Of a DNA stretch of 64,000 nt, positions 20,726 to 30,724 are shown piece after piece. The translations under genes were made by a program, and so were the position numbers. The stretch is taken from assembly GCA_963736115.1 (NCBI GenBank), contig CAVTNR010000005.1, positions 1 through 64,000 of the forward strand. The letters are read 5' to 3'. The DNA comes from an uncultured bacterium. Lineage in GTDB: Bacteria > Zhuqueibacterota > QNDG01 > DTFT01. Numbering within the stretch: position 1 is the first letter of the stretch; each line of letters begins with the position of its first letter. Below the pieces are notes generated by a model. It worked only from the letters and a program-made list of their open reading frames with translations. It had not been told where the DNA came from and did no database searches.

Positions 20726-21202
20726 ATGAAGAAAGCGACCAAGGTCAAGAAAAAAACCGCTCCCCCAAAGAAAAAAACAGCCGCCGCCAGGCCGGTTCCG
20801 AAAAAAGCCGTCCGCAAGTCCGTCCGGCCCGCGGCAAAGGCCAAACCCGCTTCCAGGCCCGGCCGGTCCGCGAAGCCGGACAAGCCGTCCCGGAAGGCCG
20901 TGACCGTGAAGGCACAGGAACGACAGGCGAGTTCCGGAAAGCCGGCGAAGCCCGCTCAATCCTCGAAGGGCGGCAAAAAAAAGGTGCCCTGCGAATTCTG
21001 CGGAAAGCCGATCCCCTCCGAGCGGATCGAGGCCCTTCCCGAGACGACCACCTGCGTCGAATGCAGCCAGACCAAACCCTATTCAGAGGCGCAGATCATC
21101 GGTTTGAACGGCGAGGAAACGGATCAGAATCGCCTGAACGTCGAGGATTTCGAGGAAACGGACTCGGATTTTGCATCGGGGTACGGCAATGACCAGTGGT
21201 GA
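20726..21202 (+). CDS. TraR/DksA C4 zinc-finger protein with a Lys/Ala/Pro-rich N-terminus
   Basis: CEFCGKPIPSERIEALPETTTCVEC. Confidence 0.8.
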   Translation: MKKATKVKKKTAPPKKKTAAARPVPKKAVRKSVRPAAKAKPASRPGRSAKPDKPSRKAVTVKAQERQASSGKPAKPAQSSKGGKKKVPCEFCGKPIPSERIEALPETTTCVECSQTKPYSEAQIIGLNGEETDQNRLNVEDFEETDSDFASGYGNDQW

Positions 21203-21231
21203 CGGCCGTCCCTGAAATGCCGGAGTGACAG

Positions 21232-21798
21232 ATGGACTATCAGACCGTTTATTTCGACAAGCCGGGACCCGAAAACACGGATGAGACCCTGCGCATCGCG
21301 GGGGAATGGTCGGACCGTCTCGGTCTCCGCACGATTCTGACGGCCAGCACATCCGGCGACACGGGCGTCCGGGCCGTCGGACGTTTCGCGGGCCGGGAGG
21401 TGATCGTGGTCTCGCATGTGCACGGGTTTTCGTCTCCGAATGAGACAGAAATGCTCCCGGACAACCGGCAGAAGATTGAAAGCGCGGGCGGCCGCGTCCT
21501 GACCTGCCAGCACGCCTTCGGCGGCATCGGCCGCGCGGTCCGGTTCAAGTTCGGCACCTATGAAATTGAAGAGATCATCGCCAACGCCCTGCGGACTTTC
21601 GGGCAGGGAGTGAAAGTGGCGGCTGAAACCGTCCTGATGGCCGCGGATGCGGGCTGGGTCCGCACGGACCGCGACATCATCGCGGTGGGCGGCACTGAAT
21701 CCGGCGCGGACACGGCGCTCGTGGTCAGGCCCGCGAACGTCAGCCGGTTTTTCGACCTTCGGATACGGGGGATTCTGTGCAAACCGTGGGATTTTTGA
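21232..21798 (+). CDS. Stand-alone pyruvate kinase C-terminal (alpha/beta) domain protein
   Basis: YFDKPGPENTDETL, ASTSGDTG, GQGVKVAAE, GGTESGADTA. Confidence 0.85.
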   Translation: MDYQTVYFDKPGPENTDETLRIAGEWSDRLGLRTILTASTSGDTGVRAVGRFAGREVIVVSHVHGFSSPNETEMLPDNRQKIESAGGRVLTCQHAFGGIGRAVRFKFGTYEIEEIIANALRTFGQGVKVAAETVLMAADAGWVRTDRDIIAVGGTESGADTALVVRPANVSRFFDLRIRGILCKPWDF

Positions 21799-22250
21799 AC
21801 GGGGCCGCGAGGACCGGGTGCCGGGCCGCGCTTCTGCTGCTGCTCGCCGCAACGGTCCTGACCGGCTGCGACAGTCCGACTGAAGTGAAGAAAGGCGCGC
21901 TCGTTCGCACGCTCTATGAGCGCAACGGCCTGCCCGGACGCTATATCTATTTCTGGGACGGCCGCGATGACGACCATAAAACCGTGGCCGCGGGCTCCTA
22001 TCAATGCTTTCTGGAGGCCGAAGGCTACAGCAACGCGATCGAGATGACCGCCCTGGACGGCACCCGCGGAAGACACGCGGACACCCTGGGCACCGATGCA
22101 ACCGGCCGGCTCTATATTCCGACCGAACCCGCTCTCTATTACCTCTCCCCCTGCATTCCAGAGCCCTTCTACAACCAAGACGGCACAAACATCCTCTTTG
22201 AAATCACGGGAACCGGTTACGTGCGGGTCCGCATCCATCGGAAGCGCTGA
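21777..22250 (+). CDS. Lipoprotein with a circularly permuted FlgD-Ig/CTD-like domain
   Basis: Lipobox LTGC; LVRTL...WDGRD...GSY...; start position uncertain. Confidence 0.65.
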   Translation: MQTVGFLNGAARTGCRAALLLLLAATVLTGCDSPTEVKKGALVRTLYERNGLPGRYIYFWDGRDDDHKTVAAGSYQCFLEAEGYSNAIEMTALDGTRGRHADTLGTDATGRLYIPTEPALYYLSPCIPEPFYNQDGTNILFEITGTGYVRVRIHRKR

Positions 22251-22253
22251 TCC

Positions 22254-22544
22254 GTGCCGCCGCCGACCGAAGGGGACCTGTATTTTCCCGAGCCCGTCCG
22301 GGTCACCGACACGCTCGACCTGCATGGGTTCTTCCCCGAGCAGGCTCCCGAGGTGCTCGGGGCTTTCCTGGAAAACGCCGCCTCGCTCGGTCTCCGCTCG
22401 CTCCGCATCGTGCACGGCAAGGGCCGGAGCCGGATGAAATTCGAAGTGATCCGCTTCCTCCGGACGCGCCCCGACGTGCTCCGCTTTTCTGACGCCCCTC
22501 CCGGATCCGGGGGCTGGGGCGCCACCCTCGTCGAAATGCGCTGA
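22254..22544 (+). CDS. Smr/MutS2 C-terminal domain protein
   Basis: LDLHG, IVHGKG, GGWGAT. Confidence 0.9.
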   Translation: MPPPTEGDLYFPEPVRVTDTLDLHGFFPEQAPEVLGAFLENAASLGLRSLRIVHGKGRSRMKFEVIRFLRTRPDVLRFSDAPPGSGGWGATLVEMR

Positions 22545-22549
22545 CCTTC

Positions 22550-23701
22550 CTACGGCTTTTTCACGGCCCGCAACGCATCGAGCAGAATCAAGCCGATCTC
22601 GGCGCGCGTGCACTCCAGGGGCAGGGGTTTCGCCTTCTGCAGCAGCTCCTGAATCGCGGCGCCGCTGAATGACAGGCGGCCCACGCCGGTGTGCGGGCAG
22701 GTCCTCTCGGTGGCCATGCTCCCGCAGGCTTTGCAGTAGAAGGCATCGTCCACGAACATCGTCGTGATGCCGAGTTCCTTCGCCTCAAACCGCGAAATCA
22801 TATCCCGCGCCTCGCTGCGCTCCTGCGCGGTGTAATCGGACCCCGCGATGAAGTGCGTGCATCCGAAATTCTTGTGCACGATGGCCTGAAAGACCGCCTC
22901 ACGTCCGCCCATGGCGCGGGGACGGCCCGGCAGCGCCGCGAGAAGAACACGGTCTTTGGGGAAATATCCGTCGATCAGGGCCTCGATGCAGTTCATGCGG
23001 ACATCGGGATCGATCTCTCCGGGCGCCGCCCCGCCGACGAACGGATGCATCAGCAGTCCGTCCACCGTTTCCATCACGCATTTGATCTGGTATTCCTCCC
23101 TGCGGTGCACGGTTTCGACGGACGCCAATCCGGCCGTCGTCCGCCATTTCCGGTCCTGGATGAGATCGCGGATTTCCGACGGCTCCAGGCGGTACCGGTT
23201 GAATGTCCGATGGTCACGGCGCTTCAGCACCGTCACCTCTCCGGCAAGCATCCTCGGCTCCATGGCATAGAGGGCGGACACACCGGGGTGTTTCACGTCG
23301 GTTGACTTGAACACCTTGTGCGCGTATTCCAGCGCATTGTACTCGAAAATATCGGAAACGGAAAGGATCGCGACGGGCTTGCGGGATTCGTCGAGCAGGG
23401 CGATTTCCTCGCTCGAACGGACGGAAGATGCGAATGAAACCGGAACGGTGATGTGGATCGGCACCGTCCAGGGCAGGCCCTTGGACAGGCGATGGTTGTC
23501 CAGCACGGCCTTGAAATCGCTGCGGCCCATGAATCCGGTCAACGGGCTGTATGCGCCCGAAGCGATCATTTCCAGGTCGCACAATTCCCGATCCGAAAGC
23601 TGCCACGATTTCAGGCGGCCGCAGCGTTCGGTCAGGGAGTCCGCAAGCGACGGATCGGTGTACCGGTTGATCAGGACTCCGCCATGGGGCAGCTGACTCA
23701 T
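22550..23701 (-). CDS. sat: Sulfate adenylyltransferase homolog with degenerate catalytic motifs
   Basis: PHGGVL, DLEMIASGAYSPLTGFM, HPGV, KNFGCTHFI and a CxxC...CPH zinc site; the QTRN/HRAH motif is replaced by ASVETVHRREEY. Confidence 0.85.
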   Translation of the reverse strand: MSQLPHGGVLINRYTDPSLADSLTERCGRLKSWQLSDRELCDLEMIASGAYSPLTGFMGRSDFKAVLDNHRLSKGLPWTVPIHITVPVSFASSVRSSEEIALLDESRKPVAILSVSDIFEYNALEYAHKVFKSTDVKHPGVSALYAMEPRMLAGEVTVLKRRDHRTFNRYRLEPSEIRDLIQDRKWRTTAGLASVETVHRREEYQIKCVMETVDGLLMHPFVGGAAPGEIDPDVRMNCIEALIDGYFPKDRVLLAALPGRPRAMGGREAVFQAIVHKNFGCTHFIAGSDYTAQERSEARDMISRFEAKELGITTMFVDDAFYCKACGSMATERTCPHTGVGRLSFSGAAIQELLQKAKPLPLECTRAEIGLILLDALRAVKKP

Positions 23702-24062
23702 GACCGTTTCTCCCTTCTCGTCATTTGGATGAACGCCGGGTGACGCGGCGTCGCCCGTGATCCGGATTCCTTGCCGGGAGAGCCGGCGGAACGCCCGGTT
23801 TTGATCAATGTATTAAAAACCTAAGATGGAATCAAGCACGAGTTCGGCCGATCCGGAAGCGCGAACACCGGTGAGGTCCCTGAGGCGGATCAACGAATTC
23901 CGGCCACATTTCACAGCAGGGAAACAAACGGAAATAAACCAAAAGACGGGTTATGGTATTGTTTTAAATATACTTAATGTAATTATTTTAAAGAAATACA
24001 TTATTTGGTATGACTATTGCACTTCTTATAATCTGATCAAACAACCTACTAACTCATGCAAA

Positions 24063-24476
24063 ATGCAAATGGAAAACACTCAAAAATTCACGATTCTGCT
24101 GATCGAAGATTCCGCAACCATCCGCCTTTTCTACAAAAAGGTCCTGGAATCCGCGGGCTATGAAGTGATCGCATCTGAAACCGGAGAACAGGGCTGGACG
24201 GCCGCGCAGATTCACAACCCGAATCTCATCTGCCTGGACATGATCCTGCCGGATATACACGGCCTGGATGTGCTCAAGAAGATACGCGGGGAAGCCTCGA
24301 CCAAGTCCATCCCCGTCCTGGTGCTGACCACGCTGAAGGATTTCGCGGATGTTCAGAAGGCGATCAATCTGGGGGCTAATTATTACAGCATCAAGGGCAG
24401 TGATTCGCCGGAGAAACTGCTCGGCATGATCGACAAACTCCTGAAAAGAACGCCTCCCGTCAACCCGCCGGCTTGA
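24063..24476 (+). CDS. Single-domain response regulator
   Basis: ILLIEDS, LDMILPDIHG, PVLVLT, GANYYSIK; start at 24063 or 24069. Confidence 0.9.
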   Translation: MQMENTQKFTILLIEDSATIRLFYKKVLESAGYEVIASETGEQGWTAAQIHNPNLICLDMILPDIHGLDVLKKIRGEASTKSIPVLVLTTLKDFADVQKAINLGANYYSIKGSDSPEKLLGMIDKLLKRTPPVNPPA

Positions 24477-24559
24477 CGCCGCAGCCCGCCGTTCGGCGGA
24501 AACGCATCACCCGCTCTCCGCCTTCCCCGCTGTCCATACAACGTCTTCGGGCCGGCCCG

Positions 24560-26266
24560 TCACACTCCCGGCTTCGGGAATGTAACCGTTGCCGTCAATC
24601 CCCCCGCGTTCCGGAATTCCAGCTGTCCCTCGATCTGCTGGGACAGCACATGCACGAGTTTCATGCCGAGCGAATCCGTCCGTTCCGCATCCGGTTCTCC
24701 GGGCATACCGACACCGTCGTCCACGACTTCCAGGACGTAATTGCCGCCTTTGTCCTCGGTGAACCGCACCGCGATGAACCCGCTGCGCTCGTCCGGAAAC
24801 GCGTGCTTGACCGCGTTGGTGACCAGTTCGTTGAGGATCAGTCCGCACGGAATGGCCAGATCGAGGCTCAGAATCCCCACCCGGAGATCGAAACGCGGGC
24901 TGATCCGGTTGCCGCTGTGGTGCGAAACGATGAGGTCGGACACCAGCGTCACGGTATATTCGCGGAAATCGATCCGCTCGAAATCCTCCGACTGGTAGAG
25001 ACGTTCGTGGATCATGGCCATGGTCCGGATCCGCTGATTGCTGTCCTCCAGCACGCGCTGGATCTCGGAATCGGACAGCCGAGCGGAGGACAGGTTGAGC
25101 AGGCTGATGATGATCTGCAGGTTGTTCTTGACCCGGTGGTGGATCTCCTTCAGGAGGATGTTCTTCTCGCTCAGGTTCCTCTGCAGGAGCGACTCCGCGG
25201 TCTTCCGGACCGTGATATTGAGAATCGACCCCTGCACCGCGGGCTTTGATTCGAAGACGATCGGCGTGGTCAGCACCTCGAGATCGATGATGCGGCCCGA
25301 CAGGGTGCGGCCTCTCCGCTCGAACCGCTGGGGCAGTTCAAAATCCTCGTATATCCAGTGCGACGGCTCGGTGTCGTCATCCGACGGCATGAAGACTTCG
25401 ACGGGGTGGAGCCGGGCGGTCTTTTCGTCCGCGCAGTCGAAGACGCGGGCGAATTGCTGGTTGCAGAAACGGATCTGTCCCTGCTGGGCGATGAAAATGC
25501 CGACCAGGGAATTGTCCACCAGGCTCCGGTATTTGCGCTCGGACGACTGAAACGCCTCCTTCAGCGCGGCGCTCTCCACCACATCGTTCGAAAGAATGTG
25601 GGCCATGAGCACGACGATGGCCATATAGGCGAATTCAATGATGTAGAAATTCCGGAGCAGGCCGCCGTGCACGAGGGCATCGTTCACAAGCCCGGCGCAG
25701 AAAATCAGGGCGGACAGGAAAAGGGGCAGGCTGCGCTGTCGGTCCTTCCGGGCCACGCCGGCGACCAGGCTGAATACGTACACAAACACCAGAAAGCCCA
25801 TGACGCCCAGAAAATCGGTGAACAGGCCGGGCGTGACCTCGTGATAGGTCATGCGGATTCCCAGGACAGGGCCCAGTTCCTTGACCGCGGGTTCCGAAAC
25901 GCGCCAGAAGAGGTCTCCCCGGACGAACAGAACGAGAAAGGCCGAAACCGTGAAGAACACGGCGGCGACGTTCCGCACAAAAGTATGCCGATGCCGGGCG
26001 TAATCGGTCGCGAACCAGGTGTATGCGGCGCCGATGAGGGAAAGGGTCGCGACCTGTGCCTTCTGCCACTGAAATCCGTCCGCAACGTTCGATGCCGCGT
26101 ATGCGCCGGCGCTGAACGCGTCATAGCACGCCATGGTGAGGCAGAGAATGGCGAAGGACAGATCCTCCGGATGATGGCGGCGGCGGGTATACAGGAGAAA
26201 ATGAACGAATGAGACGTAGAACGTGACCGCGGCCATGCAGATCACGGGAATCGAGGCGAATGGCAA
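24560..26266 (-). CDS. Membrane sensor histidine kinase (7TM-PAS-HisKA_2-HATPase)
   Basis: Multiple TM helices; PAS; EIHHRVKNNLQ; NELVTNAVKHAF; DDGVG. Confidence 0.92.
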   Translation of the reverse strand: MPFASIPVICMAAVTFYVSFVHFLLYTRRRHHPEDLSFAILCLTMACYDAFSAGAYAASNVADGFQWQKAQVATLSLIGAAYTWFATDYARHRHTFVRNVAAVFFTVSAFLVLFVRGDLFWRVSEPAVKELGPVLGIRMTYHEVTPGLFTDFLGVMGFLVFVYVFSLVAGVARKDRQRSLPLFLSALIFCAGLVNDALVHGGLLRNFYIIEFAYMAIVVLMAHILSNDVVESAALKEAFQSSERKYRSLVDNSLVGIFIAQQGQIRFCNQQFARVFDCADEKTARLHPVEVFMPSDDDTEPSHWIYEDFELPQRFERRGRTLSGRIIDLEVLTTPIVFESKPAVQGSILNITVRKTAESLLQRNLSEKNILLKEIHHRVKNNLQIIISLLNLSSARLSDSEIQRVLEDSNQRIRTMAMIHERLYQSEDFERIDFREYTVTLVSDLIVSHHSGNRISPRFDLRVGILSLDLAIPCGLILNELVTNAVKHAFPDERSGFIAVRFTEDKGGNYVLEVVDDGVGMPGEPDAERTDSLGMKLVHVLSQQIEGQLEFRNAGGLTATVTFPKPGV

Positions 26267-26355
26267 ACAGTGCTCCTTTCGGATCTGCCGCCCGGTCCCG
26301 GACGGCCCGCAGAAGTGGTCGGCTGACTGGCCCCGGCCTTCCGCCGGACGGCGGT

Positions 26356-26745
26356 TCAGCCTTCCGGGGACCCGCTCCGGCCGTCCGCCGCTTCTATGAT
26401 CCGACCGACCGCGGCCGCGAGCCCGGCCAGGTCGTACGGCTTTGACAGACGGTCGGACCGCTCGACTGCGCGGATGCGCCGGATCGAATTGGCGTCGCTG
26501 AAGGCCGTCGTGAACAGGATGGGGCAGTCCAGGAAAGACCGGATCCGTATCGCCGCATCGATCCCGTCCGTTCCGTCCTTCAGCCTGACGTCCATCAGGA
26601 TCAGCTCCGGCCTGTGCCGGCCTGCCAGATCGACCGCGTCCTCCGCAGTTTCGGCCATGCCGCAGATATCGTGACCGAAACGGGAGAGGTACCGTTTGAT
26701 GTTGAGTGAAAGAATGCTCTCGTCCTCGACGACCAGTATTTTCAT
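26356..26745 (-). CDS. Single-domain response regulator
   Basis: ILVVEDE, LMDVRL, FTTA, KPY. Confidence 0.9.
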   Translation of the reverse strand: MKILVVEDESILSLNIKRYLSRFGHDICGMAETAEDAVDLAGRHRPELILMDVRLKDGTDGIDAAIRIRSFLDCPILFTTAFSDANSIRRIRAVERSDRLSKPYDLAGLAAAVGRIIEAADGRSGSPEG

Positions 26746-26768
26746 GGAATCACCGGCCGGGCGGCCGT

Positions 26769-27539
26769 TCAGGGCCGCATCCGGTCCGAACCCTCCTTGA
26801 CCGTGATCACCGCTCCGGCCAGCTGGCCATGATGGTTGCGGATCGGCGCCACATACAGAGCGATGGCCGTCGACGTGCTCTTCCGCGTGGCCAGCATCAG
26901 GGATTCGAGCGGGTGGATATAGGTGCCGTCATAAAGCATCTTCCCGCCGAACACCGTGCGGGGCTCGCCCGTTTTGGCGTCGGACAGCCGGATCATTTCC
27001 TGAACGGGTCGGTCGATCAGTTCGGCATGCAGCCATCCGGTCAGCGCCGACGCGGCCGCGTTGGCGAAGCGGATGCGCCCTCGGATGTCGGTCGTAATGA
27101 TGGCATCGGATATTCCGTCCAGCGTGTCCGCCAGCCACTGCTCCTTTTCCTTCATTTCCTTCTCGATCCGCGAGCGGAAAAGGGCCATTTCAATGCGCTT
27201 GCTGAGTTCCTTCATAATGACCGGCTTGACGATGAAATCGAAGGGTTCGGCCAGCTGCGACCGCAGGAACGTCTCCTTGTCCCCGTGGGCGGTGAGGAAC
27301 ACGATGGGAGTGCCGACCTCCTCCTTGATCCGACGCGCCGCCTCGATGCCGTCCATCTTCTTTTTCAGCATGATATCCATCAGTACCAGCACCGGATGGA
27401 TCTCTTTGGCCTTCTGAATCGCCTCCTCCCCCGAAGAGACCGTCAAGGGCACCTGGTATCCGAGTTTCTTCAGCGCCTCCTGGATCTCCAGCGCCACGAT
27501 CTTTTCATCTTCCACGAGCAGAATCACGTCGTTTTCCAT
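26769..27539 (-). CDS. Response regulator receiver plus PAS domain protein
   Basis: LLVEDE, LMDIML, KPV; then DAIITTDIRGRIRFAN (PAS). Confidence 0.9.
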   Translation of the reverse strand: MENDVILLVEDEKIVALEIQEALKKLGYQVPLTVSSGEEAIQKAKEIHPVLVLMDIMLKKKMDGIEAARRIKEEVGTPIVFLTAHGDKETFLRSQLAEPFDFIVKPVIMKELSKRIEMALFRSRIEKEMKEKEQWLADTLDGISDAIITTDIRGRIRFANAAASALTGWLHAELIDRPVQEMIRLSDAKTGEPRTVFGGKMLYDGTYIHPLESLMLATRKSTSTAIALYVAPIRNHHGQLAGAVITVKEGSDRMRP

Positions 27540-27654
27540 TCAGGCCTCCTTGGCAATCCTTCAGGATTAAATCATTGCGGCCGGCCCCCGCGGGGGTCCG
27601 CCGACGCGTCCACCCGGTTCCGGGCGGACCTCCCTCCGACGATCGGCGGGCGGC

Positions 27655-29094
27655 TCACTTCTCCTGCGGCAGGCGGATCGTGAGCCGGGTGCCGTTGCGG
27701 CTGTCCATTTTCATCGTGCCGCCGAGCTGTTCCAGAAGTATGACGATGATCTTGAATCCGAGCGAAGATGACGACGCCGGGTTGAATCCCGGAGGCAGTC
27801 CGATGCCGTCGTCCGCCACGGACAGGCGCACGCTCCCGTCGCGGGCCCGCCTCAGCGTGATTTCGATGCGGCCTTCCTTCCGTCCGGCGAAGGCGTGTTT
27901 GACGGCATTGGTCACCGCTTCGTTCAGAATCAGTCCGCAGGGCACAGCCAGGCCGAAATTGAGAACAACGGGCTCCAGGCGGAGAGACAGACGCACCGGT
28001 GCTCCATCCGGACTGCCCGACGGCAGATCGTTGACCAGGGATCGGATGTAGTCGTCGAAACGGATTCCGGACAGATCGGGGGATCCGTACAGTTTCTCGT
28101 GCAGAACCGCCATGGAATAGACGCGCCTGCGGATCACATCGATGGTGTCGAGTATCTTCGGATCGCTGCTCTTTCCGGCCTGCAGATTCAGCAGGCTGAC
28201 GATCATCTGCAGGTTATTCTTCACGCGGTGGTGGATTTCCTTCAGGAGAATTTCCTTCTCCTTCATGGAAGTCCGCATACGGTCCTCGGCCCGCTTCCGT
28301 TCCGTGACGTCGATATTGAATTCGGCCACCATCCACCGGCCATCCGGCTCGCGGTAGGGAATGGTGTGAACCTCGATCACCCGATTCTCCTCGCGGGGCA
28401 GGACTTCCTCCGACACGGTGATCCGGCGGGTTTTCAGCGCCTCCGGGATGCCGCATCCGGCGCACATCGCATCGCGGCCCATGAAGTATTCGTAGCATTT
28501 CCGCCCGGCCGACGGGCCGTAGCGTCTGACCCACTCCGGGTCGACGTACTGCAGATTGAATCGGCCGTCGATGATGTCGATGTTGGTCCGGGTGGCGCCG
28601 ATGATGTATTCGAGCCGGTTCTTGGTTTCCGCCAGCTCGTTTTCCGTGCGTTTGAAGGTGATCAGGTGCCCCAGGGACGCGGCGAACAGTTCAAGGATGC
28701 GCGCGTCCTCGGCCGTGATCCGGCGTTTCGTGAACAGCTGATCGACGCTGAGCAAACCGATGACGGTTCGTCCGTCCCAGAGGCCGGCGATCGCGTGATC
28801 CGACCGGCCGACTGTTTTCCCCCACCCGTCCGTCAGGATGTCGTTCCGGAACACTTTCAGCCGGATGCGGCCTTTCCGCACTTCAGCCGCATGGGGATCA
28901 AGCACCGGGCCGGACCGTCCGCGTTCGTCCCGCAGCCGTCCCTTCCCGTCCGTGCCGTAACGGCCCAGCAGGGTTTTGCCGTCCTCGCTGAAAAAAGCGA
29001 TGCCCGCGCGGTCGAAATGAAAACGCGACCGGATCAGCGTGACGGCGCTTCGGCAAAGACCATCCAGTGATCCGGATTTGGACAGCTCATTCAC
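27655..29094 (-). CDS. Soluble GAF-PAS HisKA_2 histidine kinase (true start possibly 29245)
   Basis: GAF, PAS with CYEYF...CAGC, EIHHRVKNNLQ, DDGIG. The frame stays open upstream to about 29240; ATG 29245 joins if one C is removed near 29222. Confidence 0.88.
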   Translation of the reverse strand: MNELSKSGSLDGLCRSAVTLIRSRFHFDRAGIAFFSEDGKTLLGRYGTDGKGRLRDERGRSGPVLDPHAAEVRKGRIRLKVFRNDILTDGWGKTVGRSDHAIAGLWDGRTVIGLLSVDQLFTKRRITAEDARILELFAASLGHLITFKRTENELAETKNRLEYIIGATRTNIDIIDGRFNLQYVDPEWVRRYGPSAGRKCYEYFMGRDAMCAGCGIPEALKTRRITVSEEVLPREENRVIEVHTIPYREPDGRWMVAEFNIDVTERKRAEDRMRTSMKEKEILLKEIHHRVKNNLQMIVSLLNLQAGKSSDPKILDTIDVIRRRVYSMAVLHEKLYGSPDLSGIRFDDYIRSLVNDLPSGSPDGAPVRLSLRLEPVVLNFGLAVPCGLILNEAVTNAVKHAFAGRKEGRIEITLRRARDGSVRLSVADDGIGLPPGFNPASSSSLGFKIIVILLEQLGGTMKMDSRNGTRLTIRLPQEK

Positions 29095-29459
29095 GGTTGA
29101 CAGAAGAAGGGCGAGGCGGTCGGTATATGCGGAAGTGGAGCCGCTTTTTGAAGCGCCTTTCCGTATTACAGCTCCGGTGTGAGCCGGTTTACGGCGCCGG
29201 GATGCCGCCGCTGTCCGCTTGGGACGGCTTTCCGGCCGGCTTCATTCCGAAAGCCTTTGTTTTTCGGGGGGATGAGGGTGTTCTCAACTGCGGATGAGAC
29301 ATACTGAGCCCTCTTCATGCCAGCGGCGCCGGAAGCTCGGTCCGCGCCGGGTCTTCCATGAGGAAAAATAATCATGCTGTTATTATATTGTGAAAAATAC
29401 AGGAAAAAAGCAAGGAAATTCTATGTTTAGGGCAGGTTCCTGCGACGGAGTTCGTCACC

Positions 29460-30724
29460 TCACATCATCCCGGAAAATCGGAATTGTTCTCGGTTTGTCT
29501 CACTATCTGACAGCAGCTCCGTCATCGCTTCGACAGGTTCCATCTTGATCCACGTCCTCCGGAGACGCGCCGCGGCCTCCCACTCCCCGGCCGTCATCAG
29601 CCTCTCGTCCCTTCGGGTTCCGCTGGACGCAATGTGAATCGCGGGGAAAATCCGACCGTCCGCCAGCGAACGGTCCAGGACAATTTCGCTGTTGCCGGTG
29701 CCCTTGAATTCTTCGAAAATGTAGTCGTCCATCCGGGATCCTGTTCCCACCATGGCGGTTGCGACCACGGTCACCGATCCCCCGTTTTCGACCTTCCGGG
29801 CCAAGCCGAAAAACCGTCTTGGCACTTCGAGCGCGGATGCGTCCAGACCGCCCGAGAGCGTCCGCCGCGAGCCGACCGTCACCTGATTGAAGGCGCGCGC
29901 CATGCGCGTGAGGCTGTCCACGAGAACGAAAACGTCGCGGCCGCATTCCAGTTCGGTCCGGATGTGGCCGAGCGCCATCTCGGCGAGCCGCGCATGCGAT
30001 TCCACGTCCTGGTCGCTCGAGCTGGCGAGCACCTCGGCGTCCACCTGCCTGCGGAAATGCGTCACCTCCTCGGGCCGCTCGTCGATGAGCAGAACGATGA
30101 GGCGCATGTCCGGCTCCACGGCCCGGACCGCGTGGGCCATTTTCTCCAGCAGAGTCGTCTTGCCGCTTTTCGGCTGAGCCACGATCATGCCCCGCGTGCC
30201 TTTTCCGATCGGCGCCACCAGGTCGACGATGCGCATGGACGGATCGCCGGATTCTCCCAGCCGGATGCGCTGGTCCGGGCTCACGGCCGTGAGCCGGTCA
30301 AACGGGGTCCGAGAAGCGAAACGTGCCGGATCCAGACCGCATACGGAGCGGACCGTATGAAGCCGCGGACCGCGATCCCCTTCGGCCGCGTCTCCCTGCA
30401 CGGCGGCGCCCTCGACCAGTCTGTAACCGCGTATCAGTTCGGGAGAAACCCAGGCGTCGCCGGGGCCCGGGGCGTAAGAGCGTTCCGGATCCCGCAGGAA
30501 TCCGCCGCGCCCTTCCAGGACTTCAAGCACGCCGGTCGTTTCCCATGCGCCTTCAGGCACGGCCGCGGGATCCGGGACAGGCATGCCTGCGGGTTTCACG
30601 GAAACGCCGGATCCGGTTTCCCGGCCGCGGCCGGCGCGGCGCGGCGCCGGCGAAGGCCGTGCGCGCGTCCCTCCCGGTCCGCGGGCCTTCCTCCCCCGCC
30701 GGCCTTCGGTCCGTTGCGGTTCAT
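29460..30724 (-). CDS. rho: Transcription termination factor Rho, short form (probable frameshift near 30695; intact ORF 29460-30599)
   Basis: GFLR...[58 protein letters not shown] 30724 overlaps the ccsBA stop (ATGA). Confidence 0.88.
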
